A stretch of 64,000 nt of DNA from assembly GCA_027069135.1 (NCBI GenBank), contig JALXFE010000492.1, positions 1,542 through 65,541 on the forward strand, in the 5' to 3' direction. The position numbers and the translations under genes were made by a program. A model generated the notes under the pieces. That model was not told the origin of the DNA, made no database searches, and worked only from the letters and a program-made list of their open reading frames with translations. Shown one piece after another: positions 1 to 9,692 of this stretch. The DNA is from Thermoanaerobaculia bacterium (lineage in GTDB: Bacteria; Acidobacteriota; Thermoanaerobaculia; Multivoradales; JAHZIX01). The first letter of the stretch is position 1. Each line of letters opens with the position of its first letter.

Positions 1-91
1 CCACAAGGGTCGCCCCTACGGGATTCGGATCCTTGCGCCACGATGTAGGGGCAGGTCTTGTGCCTGCCCTTGATCCGGGAGAACACCTGCC

Positions 92-3000
92 ATGAGGATT
101 CCCACGGCCCTTATCCTCGTCGCCCTCCTCGGCTGGGTCGCTTACCCGGGTGACGTCGTTGCGGTGGATCTCGACAAGCCCTTGGAACGAACCCTCGGCG
201 GCGGCGAGACCCACCGATATCCCCTCTCCTTGGAGGCGGGTACCTACCTAGAGGGGGTCATCGAGCAGCAGGGCATCGATGTCGCCGTCCGCCTGCTTGA
301 TCCGGACGGCGCCGCCGTCTTCGAGATGGACTCACCCAACGGCGCCGTCGGCCCGGAGCCTCTCGCTATCGTCGCCACAAAGACGGGTGCCCACGTGCTC
401 GAGATCGGCTCTTCGGATCCCAGCGCTGCCACCGGCACGTACCGCCTCCTCTTCGAGATCCTCCGGGTGGCGTCGGAGAAAGACCGCATCCGATGCCGAG
501 CTGAGCAGGAGACGGCTCGAGCCGCGATTCTCGCCTGGCGAGGGCAGCCGGAGACCTTGCAGTCCGCCGTCCGCATCTACGAGAGGACCCTCGAGCAATG
601 GAAACAGATCGGCGATCGGAAACGCCAGGCCGAAACCCTCGTCCGCATAGGCCACGCCCATCGCCGTCTCGGCCACCCGAGGGTCGCCGCGGCCCGGTTT
701 CGAAAAGCCCTGGAGATCCAGGAAACCTCGGAAGCCCCAGCGGCTAAGGCCTCCACCCTCAACGCTCTGGGTCTCGCCCTCCAAGAACAGGATCAACCGG
801 AGGCGGCCCGCCGCGCCTTCGAAGCCGCCCTGCCGATCTTTCAGGCTTCCCGGGACCGCGCCGGCGTCGCCCGCACCCACAACAATCTGGGCCTCGTCGA
901 ACATGCGGCGGGCCGGTTTGAGAGCGCCCTTTACCACTACGCGCAGGCCCTCGATGGCTTCACGGACCTAGGCGACCGAGCGACCCAGGCGGTGATCCTC
1001 AATAACTTGGGTGGGGTGTATGACCTCCTGGGAGAGTGGTCCCAGGCCTTGGATCACTACCGCCGGGCGCTACCGATTCTCGAGACCTCCGGCCAACGCG
1101 GCCAGTTGGCGCAGACCCTCAACAATCTCGCCGTCGTCTACCAGCGGCGCGGCGAGTGGCAGAAGGCTCTGGATCGCTTCGCCCAATCCCAGCGGATCTA
1201 CCGGGATCTCAAAGACCCCGCCGGCGTGAGGACCACGGAGATCAATCGCAGTGCTCTACTGGCCAGCCTTGGGGATTCCAAGGGCTGTCTTGAAGGGCTT
1301 TCTACCGTCCGCTCCTTGCCCTCCACCCAGCCCGGCCCTTTGGCCCAGGAGCACTTCCTCAAGGGGCGTTGCTCGGGTCTCGCCGGAGACTGGTCCGCGG
1401 CCTTCAACTCCTTTGCCAGAGCCCGGGAAATCCGCCGTGACAGCGCAGATCCGATCGGCGAAAGCGACGCCCTCCGGGCCATGGGCGAGGCGGCGGAAGA
1501 GCTCGGCGATGGAACGGCGGCCACCCGCTTGCTTCGCGAGGGGCTCCGGATCGCCCGTCGCATCGACTACGGAGCCGGCATCCTGCGCTGCCTTCAGGGG
1601 CTAGCCCGCACCACCCGTCGCCGCGGCGAGGGATCGCGGGCCGTTGAGCTCGGCCTCCAGGCGCTGGCGGTGGCTCTCGAGATCGGTGATCTACAGGCCG
1701 AAATGGAGATCCGCCACACCTTGGCCCAGGGGCTCTTCGAGCTCGATCGACCCCAAGCCGCTTCGCGGCAGCTGGATGCGGCCCTCAAACGCTTCGAATC
1801 CGCCCGCTCCGAGTTGGTGGATCCTCACCTCAGAACCTCCTACTTCGCCACCGCCCGGGATCTCTATCGCTTGCGCATCGACCGACTGATGGAGAGACAC
1901 TGGGAGCAACCCGGCGGCGGATTTGCGGATCAGGCCTTCGCCGTCGTGGAACGCTCCCGCATGCGGACCCTCATCGAGCGGTTGAGCGCCGCCCCGGGCC
2001 CTGGGTCTCAAACCCGCAGCCTCCGAGAACCGGCGGAGACCTTGGGGCTTCGAGCCGTCCGGGAGCGGTTGCTCGACGACGACACTCTCTTTCTCGCCTA
2101 CTCGCTGGGAGATCGGCGCAGCTTTCTCTGGGCCGTCACCGCGGAACGTACCGTCGTCTCCCAGCTCCCAGGGCGGGAGGCCTTGGAGGCGGCGGTACGC
2201 GAGCTCCACCGCCTCTGGAGCACCTTGGATGCCCGGGACGGCCCGGTGCAGGAGGCCGCCGCCGGAGACCTGTCTCGAACGCTTCTCGGGCCGGTGGCCG
2301 GGTTGCTCGAACACCGGCGGCTGCTCATCGTCCCGGACGGTGCTCTCCACTACCTCCCCTTCGCAGCCCTTCCCGAGCCCGCCGCCGGCTCGCTCACCGC
2401 GGCGGCCCCGGAGCCTCTCCTCGCGCACCACGCGATCAACCTGCTGCCCTCCGCGTCGGTCCTCGCCCAGGTTCGGGAGCGAAACGCCCATCGGGATCCG
2501 AGTGCCGATCGGCAGCCGCGGCGGGACCTGGCAATCTTCGCCGACCCCGTCTTTGGCCTCGACGACCCGCGACTCCTGGCCCGCCAAGCCTCGACGGCCA
2601 TCGATTCGGAGCACCGCTTTGCCAGGCCCGATCTTCCGCGCCTGCTCGGCAGCAGGTCCGAAGCGCTGGCGATTCGCGATGCGGCCCAGGGTCAAGACGT
2701 ATGGATGGCTCTCGGTTTCGAGGCTTCCCTTCAAGCCCTTGAGGACCTCGATGTAGACGCCTTCCGGATCTTCCACTTCGCGACCCACGCCCTGGTAGAC
2801 GAAGGCAACCCGGAGCGCAGCGGCATCGCCCTGTCGCTGGTCGATGCGGCGGGCCAGAGCCGGGATGGCATCCTCCCCTTGGAGAGAATCTATGGTCTCG
2901 ACATAAGAGCCGATCTCGTCGTGCTGAGCGCCTGTCGCACCGCCTTGGGTGAGGAATGGGACGGAGAGGGCCTTGTGGGCCTCACCCACGGCTTCCTGGC

Positions 3001-3220
3001 CGCCGGGGCCTCCTCCGTCGCCGCCACCCTGTGGCAGGTGGACGATCGGGCGACCGCCGAGGTCATGGCCGGGCTCTACCGGAACCTCCTCCAGGAGGAC
3101 CTATCCCCGGCCGCCGCTCTGCGCCGCAGCCAGCTGGCTGTGCTACACCAGCGGCGCTGGCGGGATCCCTACTATTGGGCCCCCTTCGTGCTTGTCGGCG
3201 ATGGCTTTCCGGAGCCTTGA
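92..3220 (+). CDS. Secreted TPR-repeat CHAT-domain protease (N-terminal signal peptide and beta-sandwich, central TPR array, C-terminal CHAT caspase-like domain)
   Basis: 1042-aa ORF. N-terminal hydrophobic signal-like segment (MRIPTALILVALLGWVAYPG). Many TPR-like repeats (e.g. AETLVRIGHAHRRLGHP, LNNLGLVEHAAGRFESALYHYAQAL). C-terminal CHAT hallmarks: conserved His (IFHFATHA) and Cys (VVLSACRTALG), and a CHAT-typical WxxPF motif (YYWAPFVLVGD). Confidence 0.8.
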   Translation: MRIPTALILVALLGWVAYPGDVVAVDLDKPLERTLGGGETHRYPLSLEAGTYLEGVIEQQGIDVAVRLLDPDGAAVFEMDSPNGAVGPEPLAIVATKTGAHVLEIGSSDPSAATGTYRLLFEILRVASEKDRIRCRAEQETARAAILAWRGQPETLQSAVRIYERTLEQWKQIGDRKRQAETLVRIGHAHRRLGHPRVAAARFRKALEIQETSEAPAAKASTLNALGLALQEQDQPEAARRAFEAALPIFQASRDRAGVARTHNNLGLVEHAAGRFESALYHYAQALDGFTDLGDRATQAVILNNLGGVYDLLGEWSQALDHYRRALPILETSGQRGQLAQTLNNLAVVYQRRGEWQKALDRFAQSQRIYRDLKDPAGVRTTEINRSALLASLGDSKGCLEGLSTVRSLPSTQPGPLAQEHFLKGRCSGLAGDWSAAFNSFARAREIRRDSADPIGESDALRAMGEAAEELGDGTAATRLLREGLRIARRIDYGAGILRCLQGLARTTRRRGEGSRAVELGLQALAVALEIGDLQAEMEIRHTLAQGLFELDRPQAASRQLDAALKRFESARSELVDPHLRTSYFATARDLYRLRIDRLMERHWEQPGGGFADQAFAVVERSRMRTLIERLSAAPGPGSQTRSLREPAETLGLRAVRERLLDDDTLFLAYSLGDRRSFLWAVTAERTVVSQLPGREALEAAVRELHRLWSTLDARDGPVQEAAAGDLSRTLLGPVAGLLEHRRLLIVPDGALHYLPFAALPEPAAGSLTAAAPEPLLAHHAINLLPSASVLAQVRERNAHRDPSADRQPRRDLAIFADPVFGLDDPRLLARQASTAIDSEHRFARPDLPRLLGSRSEALAIRDAAQGQDVWMALGFEASLQALEDLDVDAFRIFHFATHALVDEGNPERSGIALSLVDAAGQSRDGILPLERIYGLDIRADLVVLSACRTALGEEWDGEGLVGLTHGFLAAGASSVAATLWQVDDRATAEVMAGLYRNLLQEDLSPAAALRRSQLAVLHQRRWRDPYYWAPFVLVGDGFPEP

Positions 3221-3276
3221 AACCAGGAGGCCCCGACGCCGAAGCGTGGGGGCCTCCTGGAACGAAAGCAGCGGAG

Positions 3277-3678
3277 TCAGTCGTTTTGCCAGGCTAGATT
3301 CGTGTTGTGGCCGCTACATTCGTCGGTAGAAAAGTACACTGTGCCCACGCAGGTGTGGACACCGAGGAATTTAGCCTTCCAGATCTCGACCTTGATCTTG
3401 TCGCCGAAGTTGCCCGCCGGAAACTTGGGAGAGTCGACGGGACCGCGGGATTCGTCCTGGGTCGGTAGAAGGCTCACCATCTCGCCTCGGGCGTTGAATA
3501 CCTTGATTCCTTTCCACCAACTGATCCGGCGATCCGCGGAAAGAGAAAACTGTACGTGGCCGTGGTCAATCTGCCTCTGGGAGGTCTTGATCACGTTGTC
3601 TCCGTCGACTTTGAATTCTCCGTTGACAGGTACGGTCTGGACGGCTGCGAGCTCGGCTTGCATGGCTGCATTCGACAT
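3277..3678 (-). CDS. Hypothetical small protein (133 aa), beta-rich, locally lower GC
   Basis: Intact ORF convergent with the CHAT gene. GC is noticeably lower than its surroundings. No recognisable motif. Confidence 0.35.
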   Translation of the reverse strand: MSNAAMQAELAAVQTVPVNGEFKVDGDNVIKTSQRQIDHGHVQFSLSADRRISWWKGIKVFNARGEMVSLLPTQDESRGPVDSPKFPAGNFGDKIKVEIWKAKFLGVHTCVGTVYFSTDECSGHNTNLAWQND

Positions 3679-3813
3679 GTTGTTCTCCTCTTTGAGAATA
3701 GGACTCTTCGTCTTCGCCCCGGCAGCCCACCGTAGACTGTCCTTATAGAGCGCTGTGTTGCTTCTACAGGATCCAGTGGCTCGGGGCAGCCAGATGTCCC
3801 ACCCTATTCATCG

Positions 3814-4542
3814 ATGATCTCTTGGGCCTCCTTGGCCGTTACCGGAATTGAGATAGGCTTTCCACGGGATCTTGTGAAAGAAATCGACTCTCAGTTCTCA
3901 CCTTCGCGACTCGCCGAACAAATTCGCTCGGGCGATGCTGAAGCCGAAGAGGAGCTCGTCGGGCACTTTGGTCGTGGGATCGGAGTCATCCTTCGGGCCG
4001 TGACCCGGGATCGGGAGCTGGCGGAGGATCTCTACCAGGAGACCTTTCGCCTGGCGGTCGAGAAGCTGCGCCAGGGCGCCCTCAACGATCCCGAAAAACT
4101 CGGCAGCTTTCTGGCAGGGACGGCCCGCAACCTGGCCAGCGACCACCGTCGGCGCACCTTCAGGCGGCGCACGGACACCGCCGGCGATACCCTGACGAGC
4201 CTGCCTGACACGGCACCGGATCAGCTGGGCGAGCTGCTGCGCAAGGAGAAGGCTGCCTTGGCTCGGCGGGTCATCGGCGAGCTCGAGAACCCTCGGGATC
4301 GGGAGATGATCCTGCGTTTCTACGTCCACGAGGAGCCCAAGCCAGCCATCTGCGAGGATCTGGATCTGACACCCCGCCACTTCGACCGGGTGCTCTTTCG
4401 GGCCCGCCAGCGATACCGCAAGAAATTCGTCGAGCGGGTGGCCCGGGAGGGTAAGGACTTCACCTCCCGGACGGGAGAATCGCCCGGTGAACACCACGTG
4501 TTTCATGAGGCCCTTGCCGAACACGGAAAACAACGACCATGA
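3814..4542 (+). CDS. ECF (sigma-70 family) RNA polymerase sigma factor
   Basis: Region 2-like (LYQETFRLAVEKLRQ) and region 4-like (ICEDLDLTPRHFDRVLFRARQRYRK) segments. 4-bp overlap with the downstream anti-sigma ORF. Exact start uncertain. Confidence 0.8.
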   Translation: MISWASLAVTGIEIGFPRDLVKEIDSQFSPSRLAEQIRSGDAEAEEELVGHFGRGIGVILRAVTRDRELAEDLYQETFRLAVEKLRQGALNDPEKLGSFLAGTARNLASDHRRRTFRRRTDTAGDTLTSLPDTAPDQLGELLRKEKAALARRVIGELENPRDREMILRFYVHEEPKPAICEDLDLTPRHFDRVLFRARQRYRKKFVERVAREGKDFTSRTGESPGEHHVFHEALAEHGKQRP

Positions 4543-5249
4543 AGCATGAATACATCGAAGAGCACGGCTTGGTGGAGCGCTACCTCCAAGGAACCCTGGA
4601 TCGGGCCGAACGAGAGCCCTTCGAGGCCCATTTCATCGACTGCCCCAGCTGCCTGGAGGAGCTCGAATGGGCGGAGGATTTGCGCGGCGCGGTCCGAGCC
4701 GCCGTGGCCGAAGGTGTCCTCGAGAGCCCACCTTCGGGCCCAGTTCGCTGGATCCGGTGGCTCGGAAGCCTGGAGCCGGCACCGCGGCGGGCCCTGATCG
4801 CAGCCACCCTCGCCGCAGCCCTCCTCCTACCCTTCTTCGCCGGTCGCTACCAACGCCCAGCCGCTGGTGAAGGCCCCCAGCTCAATACCCCCCTGATCTA
4901 CTTGAGCGCAGTACGGGGCGACGAGCTCTCGGCCTCCTTACAACGCATCTATCTTCCTCAGGATCGCGGGCAAGGTCGTGGGCAAAGCCTCGTCCTGGTA
5001 CTCGAGGTCGGCAGCGACCGGGCCCCGGAAGAAGATGGTGCAGAATTCGGCGTGCGGCTGCGCAGCTCTGGCGGGGAACTCCTCTGGGAAAGCACCGGCC
5101 TCTTCCTCAATGCCGCGGGCGCCCTCACCTTGACACTGCCGCCGGGGTTCTTGGAAGAAGGAGACTACCGCTTGGAAGTCCTAGGCCTCGGTTCAGACAA
5201 CAAACACGCCAAGCTCGCGTCCTACGCTTTCCGCGCCGTCTCACCCTAG
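4539..5249 (+). CDS. Anti-sigma factor, zf-HC2 type with a single TM helix
   Basis: N-terminal HFIDCPSCLEELE (H-x3-C-x2-C zinc finger typical of ECF anti-sigma factors). TM segment ALIAATLAAALLLPFFAG. Start codon overlaps the sigma gene stop (ATGA). Confidence 0.75.
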   Translation: MKHEYIEEHGLVERYLQGTLDRAEREPFEAHFIDCPSCLEELEWAEDLRGAVRAAVAEGVLESPPSGPVRWIRWLGSLEPAPRRALIAATLAAALLLPFFAGRYQRPAAGEGPQLNTPLIYLSAVRGDELSASLQRIYLPQDRGQGRGQSLVLVLEVGSDRAPEEDGAEFGVRLRSSGGELLWESTGLFLNAAGALTLTLPPGFLEEGDYRLEVLGLGSDNKHAKLASYAFRAVSP

Positions 5250-5510
5250 AGTGACCCCAATGCCGATCCCCCTCCGGCCGCCTTTAGGCGGGCTCGTCAC
5301 CAGCCCGGGCATTCATGCCCGGACGGGGATGCCACCGCTCGAATGTCCTAGGCCTCGGTTCAGACAACAAACACGCCAAGCTCGCGTCCTACGCTTTCCG
5401 CGCCGTCTCACCCTAAAGTGACCCCAATGCCGATCCCCCTCCGGCCGCCTTTAGGCGGGCTCGTCACCAGCCCGGGCATTCATGCCCGGCGGGGGATGCC
5501 CCCCTACCCT
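5179..5510. repeat. Tandem direct duplication (2 x ~165 bp) of the anti-sigma gene 3' end plus two hairpins
   Basis: The sequence tcctaggcctcggttcagacaacaaacacgccaagctcgcgtcctacgctttccgcgccgtctcaccctaRagtgaccccaatgccgatccccctccggccgcctttaggcgggctcgtcaccagcccgggcattcatgcccgg occurs twice in tandem with 2-3 mismatches. Each copy carries the inverted repeats gccgcc-ttta-ggcggg and ccgggcat-tc-atgcccgg. Confidence 0.85.
5244..5340. terminator. Putative bidirectional rho-independent terminator hairpins (two copies because of the duplication; second copy ~5410..5505)
   Basis: Perfect 8-bp stem ccgggcat/atgcccgg and GC-rich stem gccgcc/ggcggg located between the convergent anti-sigma and gap genes. 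Confidence 0.5.
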
Positions 5511-6517
5511 TCCTTGACCGCCATCAACTTTGCAAAGTCACCCAGGCGGGCCGAGTAGCCCCATTCGTTGTCGTACCAGGAGAGGATCTTGACGGCCCGA
5601 TCCCGCAGCACCATGGTGCTCTCGGCGTCGATGATGGAGGAGTGGGGGTCACCCAAAATGTCCCGAGAGACCAGAGCCTCGTCGGTGACCCGCAGGATTC
5701 CCCGCAAGGCATCGCTGCGAGAGGCCTCTTCCAGGGCAGTGTTGACGGATTCCACCGTCACGTCCCGGTTGAGGGTCGCCACGATGTCGGTGACGGAGCC
5801 GTCCGGCACCGGCACTCGCATGGCCATGCCGCTCATCCGCCCTTCGAGCTCCGGCAGGACCTTCGCCGTAGCAATGGCCGCACCGGTGGTCGTGGGGATG
5901 ATGGAGACCGCCGCGGACCGGCCCCGGCGCCGTTTGCGCATGGGGGTGTCCATCAGGGCCTGACTGGAGGTATAGGCGTGGACCGTGGTGATCATCAGGT
6001 GCTCGATGCCGAAGGTGTCGTTGAGCACCTTGGCCACCGGCGCTAGACAATTGGTCGTACACGAAGCCATGGAGACGATGTGATGTTTGGCCGGATCGTA
6101 AGTGTGACCGTTGACCCCCAGAACGAACATACCGTCGGCATCCTTGGAGGGAGCCGAGATGATCACCTTGCGGGCTCCGGCCTTCAGATGCAAAGCGGCC
6201 TTCTCCCGAGCCCGAAAGACGCCAGTAGCCTCGAGGACGACGTCGGCACCCCAACTCTTCCAGGGAATGCTGGCCGGATCGCGCTCGGAAGAAAAAGGGA
6301 TTCGCTGGCCTCCGACGATGAAGGCTGAATCTTCGTACTCGGTCTTGCGGGAATACCAGCCGTGAACCGAGTCATATTTCAACAGATAGGCCAAGTCCGA
6401 GCCGTCCGCGAGATCGTTGATCCCCACGACCTCGAAGTCTCCCCGATTCATCATCTGCTTGAAGGCACAGCGGCCGATCCGTCCGAAGCCGTTGATTCCA
6501 ACCCGTATTTTCGACAT
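5504..6517 (-). CDS. gap: Glyceraldehyde-3-phosphate dehydrogenase (type I)
   Basis: N-terminal MSKIRVGINGFGRIGR Rossmann motif. Catalytic SCTTNCLAP motif. Full-length 337 aa. Confidence 0.95.
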   Translation of the reverse strand: MSKIRVGINGFGRIGRCAFKQMMNRGDFEVVGINDLADGSDLAYLLKYDSVHGWYSRKTEYEDSAFIVGGQRIPFSSERDPASIPWKSWGADVVLEATGVFRAREKAALHLKAGARKVIISAPSKDADGMFVLGVNGHTYDPAKHHIVSMASCTTNCLAPVAKVLNDTFGIEHLMITTVHAYTSSQALMDTPMRKRRRGRSAAVSIIPTTTGAAIATAKVLPELEGRMSGMAMRVPVPDGSVTDIVATLNRDVTVESVNTALEEASRSDALRGILRVTDEALVSRDILGDPHSSIIDAESTMVLRDRAVKILSWYDNEWGYSARLGDFAKLMAVKEG

Positions 6518-6685
6518 GCCTGCACTCCCATATGGCCCTTCTGGGCCCGCCGTTCTCTTGAAAAAACCCGACCATCATGAGCCTGCAAAGCGGGCCTGTC
6601 AACAGTCCCTGCGGTGCGACGTTTTGACTCGACGTCGTCATTACGCTACCTTGCGAGTCATCGAACCTCTTGGAGATTGCCTGCC

Positions 6686-6922
6686 ATGATCGACGTCATC
6701 GAAGCTGTAGCCCTGGCCCGGGAGAATTTCCTGAAACTACACTCCGGGGAAGGGGTGTCGGAGGTACGCATGGCCGAAGCCGAGTTGGACCGGGACGGGA
6801 AGAACTGGCTCGTGACCCTGAGCTACTCCAACGACGAGGTGAGCGGTATCGCCAAGAATAAGGTCCTCGCCCTCGATGCCGAGACCGGCCAGGTTCTATC
6901 CATCAAGGTCCGCACCCTCTAA
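6686..6922 (+). CDS. Small PepSY-like hypothetical protein (~78 aa)
   Basis: Internal ATG of ORF 6614..6922. Pattern WLVTLSYSNDEVSGIAKNKVLALDAETGQVLSIKV resembles the PepSY/YpeB fold. Weak call. Confidence 0.35.
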   Translation: MIDVIEAVALARENFLKLHSGEGVSEVRMAEAELDRDGKNWLVTLSYSNDEVSGIAKNKVLALDAETGQVLSIKVRTL

Positions 6923-6926
6923 GTCC

Positions 6927-8273
6927 GTGCGGCGCTTCACTTCTCTTGGGGCCTTGGTTTCCGTCGTCGGAGCTTTGCTTCTCAGCACCCTCCCCGGTTG
7001 TTCCGGAATTCGTCTTCCGGATCCTGCGACCTTTCCCGAAAGAACCATTCCGAAGAACGAGATCGTCATCCTCGTACCGGGAATCACCGGAGTCAAGCTG
7101 CGCAACCCTACGTCCGGCAGAGTCGCCTGGGGACGGGGAGCCAATCTCCTCGTGCCTCGGGATGGTGGCTACGAGCTGGCTTTGCCGATCCTTGGGCCCG
7201 GGCGCTCTCCCTTGGAACCCTTCGCCCCCCTTCGGGAAATCCGGCTGGGATTCTTCCGCAAGCCGGTGTACGGACCGATCTTCGAGTTGTTGGAGGAAGC
7301 CGGGTACGAATTCGGCAAGCTGGCGGATCCGGAGCCCACGGCGAACCTTTTCGCCTTCTCCTACGATTGGCGCGGAGACAACGTGGCGGCGGCCCGCCAG
7401 CTGGCATCTCGACTCGAGAATCTCCGAAAGGCTCGGGGGTCGGCACCGTTGCAGGTCACCCTCATCTGCCAGAGCAACGGGGGGCATATCTGCCGCTACC
7501 TCGCCAAATATGGCGATACCCCCCTCGATAAAGCCCTCACCGGCGGAGGGACCTCTCCCGAAGGTCTCGCGATCGAAAAGATCATCTTCGTCGGAACCTC
7601 CAACGGCGGCAGCCTGCGGATGCTCCAATTCTTCAACGAAGGCCGGAAATACCTGGCCTTCGGGCGAAAGCTCCAGCCCGAAACCCTCTTCACCTACCCA
7701 TCTCTCTTTCAGGATCTTCCCAGCTACCGGGAAGACGTTTTCCTGGATCCTCAAGGTCAATCCATGGAAGTCGACCTCTTCGATGCCGAGAATTGGCACA
7801 CCTACGGCTGGTCCGTCTTCGGGGAAGATTCCGAGAAACGGTTGGCGAGGGCGGGCCGTCCGGACCTTTTCGGATCCCGGGAAGACCGGGACCGCTTCCT
7901 CAAAGAAAACCTGGAACGGGCCCGCAAGATCCAGCGCGCGCTCCGACAGGACTCACCGAGCTTCGGGGGCACCCGCTACCTCATGATCCAGAGCGTCTAC
8001 CGAGAAACACCGGATCGAGCGGTCCTGGTGAAAGAGAAAGGGCGTTGGGGTACCTATTTCTCCGATCAGCGGCGCGTCAAGAAAGACGGATACCTCCGGG
8101 CCCTGGCCGCGGCTCCGGGAGACGGCCACGCGGCCCGGGCCAGCCAGACCTGGCTCTCGCCCCAGGAGATCGACGCCATCGACGCTCCGCCCTTCTATTT
8201 GGACGGCCCGCATTTCGAGATGATTCTCGAGCCCGCCGTCCTGCGCCGACTCGTGGAGTTTCTAGCCTGGTAG
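6927..8273 (+). CDS. Lipoprotein alpha/beta-hydrolase (lipase / LCAT-PGAP1-like)
   Basis: Lipobox LSTLPGCSG after an h-region. Pattern ILVPGITGVKL ... LICQSNGGHICRYLA is typical of LCAT/PGAP1-like lipases. Start is probably the GTG just after the upstream ORF's stop. Confidence 0.55.
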   Translation: MRRFTSLGALVSVVGALLLSTLPGCSGIRLPDPATFPERTIPKNEIVILVPGITGVKLRNPTSGRVAWGRGANLLVPRDGGYELALPILGPGRSPLEPFAPLREIRLGFFRKPVYGPIFELLEEAGYEFGKLADPEPTANLFAFSYDWRGDNVAAARQLASRLENLRKARGSAPLQVTLICQSNGGHICRYLAKYGDTPLDKALTGGGTSPEGLAIEKIIFVGTSNGGSLRMLQFFNEGRKYLAFGRKLQPETLFTYPSLFQDLPSYREDVFLDPQGQSMEVDLFDAENWHTYGWSVFGEDSEKRLARAGRPDLFGSREDRDRFLKENLERARKIQRALRQDSPSFGGTRYLMIQSVYRETPDRAVLVKEKGRWGTYFSDQRRVKKDGYLRALAAAPGDGHAARASQTWLSPQEIDAIDAPPFYLDGPHFEMILEPAVLRRLVEFLAW

Positions 8274-8373
8274 AACCACTCACGAGTCTCCTTGACGCCT
8301 CGCCAAGGCTTGGAGCACAATCGGCCATTCCAAACATTCTTGAACCTTTCGGCAGCTCCCTTGGAGACTACAG

Positions 8374-8676
8374 ATGTCCAACCCTCTCACCAAAAAAGAT
8401 TTCGAGGCGCAGCTCAACCAAAGCTTCACTCTGGATACCGGAGAATCCACCTTTGAGCTGCGGCTCGTGGAGGTCCAGGCTCTGAGTGAGAGCGCCCGCG
8501 TCCCGGACGGTAGAGAGCCCTTCTCCGCCATCTTTCTCGGCCCCTTGGAGCCCATCTTCGAACAACAAACCCTGAGCCTTGGGAACCCAGCTTTCAAGGA
8601 GTTGATTGTGTTTCTCGTCCCTCTCGGGCCGGACGAGAAGAATCAAGGCATCCGCTACGAAGCGGTCTTTTCCTGA
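8374..8676 (+). CDS. Hypothetical protein (100 aa)
   Basis: Intact ORF with a reasonable start context and no recognisable motif. Confidence 0.35.
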   Translation: MSNPLTKKDFEAQLNQSFTLDTGESTFELRLVEVQALSESARVPDGREPFSAIFLGPLEPIFEQQTLSLGNPAFKELIVFLVPLGPDEKNQGIRYEAVFS

Positions 8677-8829
8677 GGAACCCTTCATTTTCGTCCCCAA
8701 ACCCTAGCCTTGGACACACAAGTGCCACGGGCTGCTAAGTGCACTTCCTGGCTAGCTCCACTGGCTAACTCCAAAGCCCTGGCTAGTATCCTCTCCCGAT
8801 GATAGATTGCTTATCGGAGGTCGCAGAGT

Positions 8830-9072
8830 ATGCAATCGGCTCAGCTACGTTCCTGGGTCTCGGCAAGGCGTCTGGCAGAACGGCGGGATCTCCGGGAGAA
8901 ATATGTGAACGACTCCCGAACGGGTTCGCATCTCCAGGATCCTCTCGCTGCGGTCGCCTTGATGGGTGCAGCCCTCGGGTGGCCCGTTCCCGAAAATGCC
9001 GTTCGCCGCCGACAAAACGAACTCGCACGCGAAGCCTGGACCAAGCTCCGTGCTCAGTACCTTCTGCGATGA
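8830..9072 (+). CDS. Small hypothetical protein (80 aa), putative partner of the downstream NTase
   Basis: ATGA overlap with the downstream nucleotidyltransferase-like gene. Lower-GC neighbourhood. Arg-rich helical protein. Confidence 0.3.
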   Translation: MQSAQLRSWVSARRLAERRDLREKYVNDSRTGSHLQDPLAAVALMGAALGWPVPENAVRRRQNELAREAWTKLRAQYLLR

Positions 9073-9680
9073 GGGCGGATCTAGCCCTCCTCGAAGCCAT
9101 TCAGGCTCTAAATACTTCCCTTGAAGATCTCGGTGCGTCGGCGATGATCATCGGCGGCGTTGCGGTGATTGCTCGTGGCGTCCCTAGAACAACCATCGAC
9201 CTCGATGCGACCGTGTGGGGCGAAGACGTCTTCCCGAGCCAGATCCTCAAAATCTTTGCGCAGCATGGCATTGAAGCTCGGATTCCGAATGTGGAAGCCT
9301 TCGCGGAACGCAGTCAGATCCTCCTCCTGGTCCACCAACCCACGGGCACCGGCATCGATCTCAGTCTTGCCTGGCTACCTTTCGAAAAGGCTGCTCTTGA
9401 GAGAGCTACAGAGGTCCGGATCGGATCTGCCAGATTCCTTGCCGCGACAGCCGAGGATCTGGTGATTTACAAGGCGGTTGCATGGCGTGACCGCGATCGG
9501 GACGATATCGAGAACCTCCTACTACTCCACCGCGAAGCCATAGATCTTGGCCGGGTCCGAGCCCTGGTCGAAGAATTCTCGATTGTCTTGGAGGATCCGG
9601 AGCGCATCCATGGCTTCGACGAAATCCTCCGCCGGGTCGCTGCCATCGCTGCAGAAGAGGGTCCGGAAGAGGAGAAGTAG
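9069..9680 (+). CDS. Nucleotidyltransferase-fold protein (Pol-beta-like MNT/AbiEii-type)
   Basis: Internal Met start (MRADLALLEAIQ...). Motif GGVAVIARGVPRTTIDLDATVWGED matches the G[SG]-x9-13-DxD NTase signature. ~203 aa. Confidence 0.5.
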   Translation: MRADLALLEAIQALNTSLEDLGASAMIIGGVAVIARGVPRTTIDLDATVWGEDVFPSQILKIFAQHGIEARIPNVEAFAERSQILLLVHQPTGTGIDLSLAWLPFEKAALERATEVRIGSARFLAATAEDLVIYKAVAWRDRDRDDIENLLLLHREAIDLGRVRALVEEFSIVLEDPERIHGFDEILRRVAAIAAEEGPEEEK

Positions 9681-9692
9681 GAGGAGCAGCCT

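Noticed and set aside
3277-3678. Small ORF next to the CHAT protease as a gasdermin-like pore-forming substrate
   Set aside because: Only 133 aa (bacterial gasdermins are roughly twice that). It is on the opposite strand and convergent, and the CHAT protein itself appears secreted. No supporting motif.
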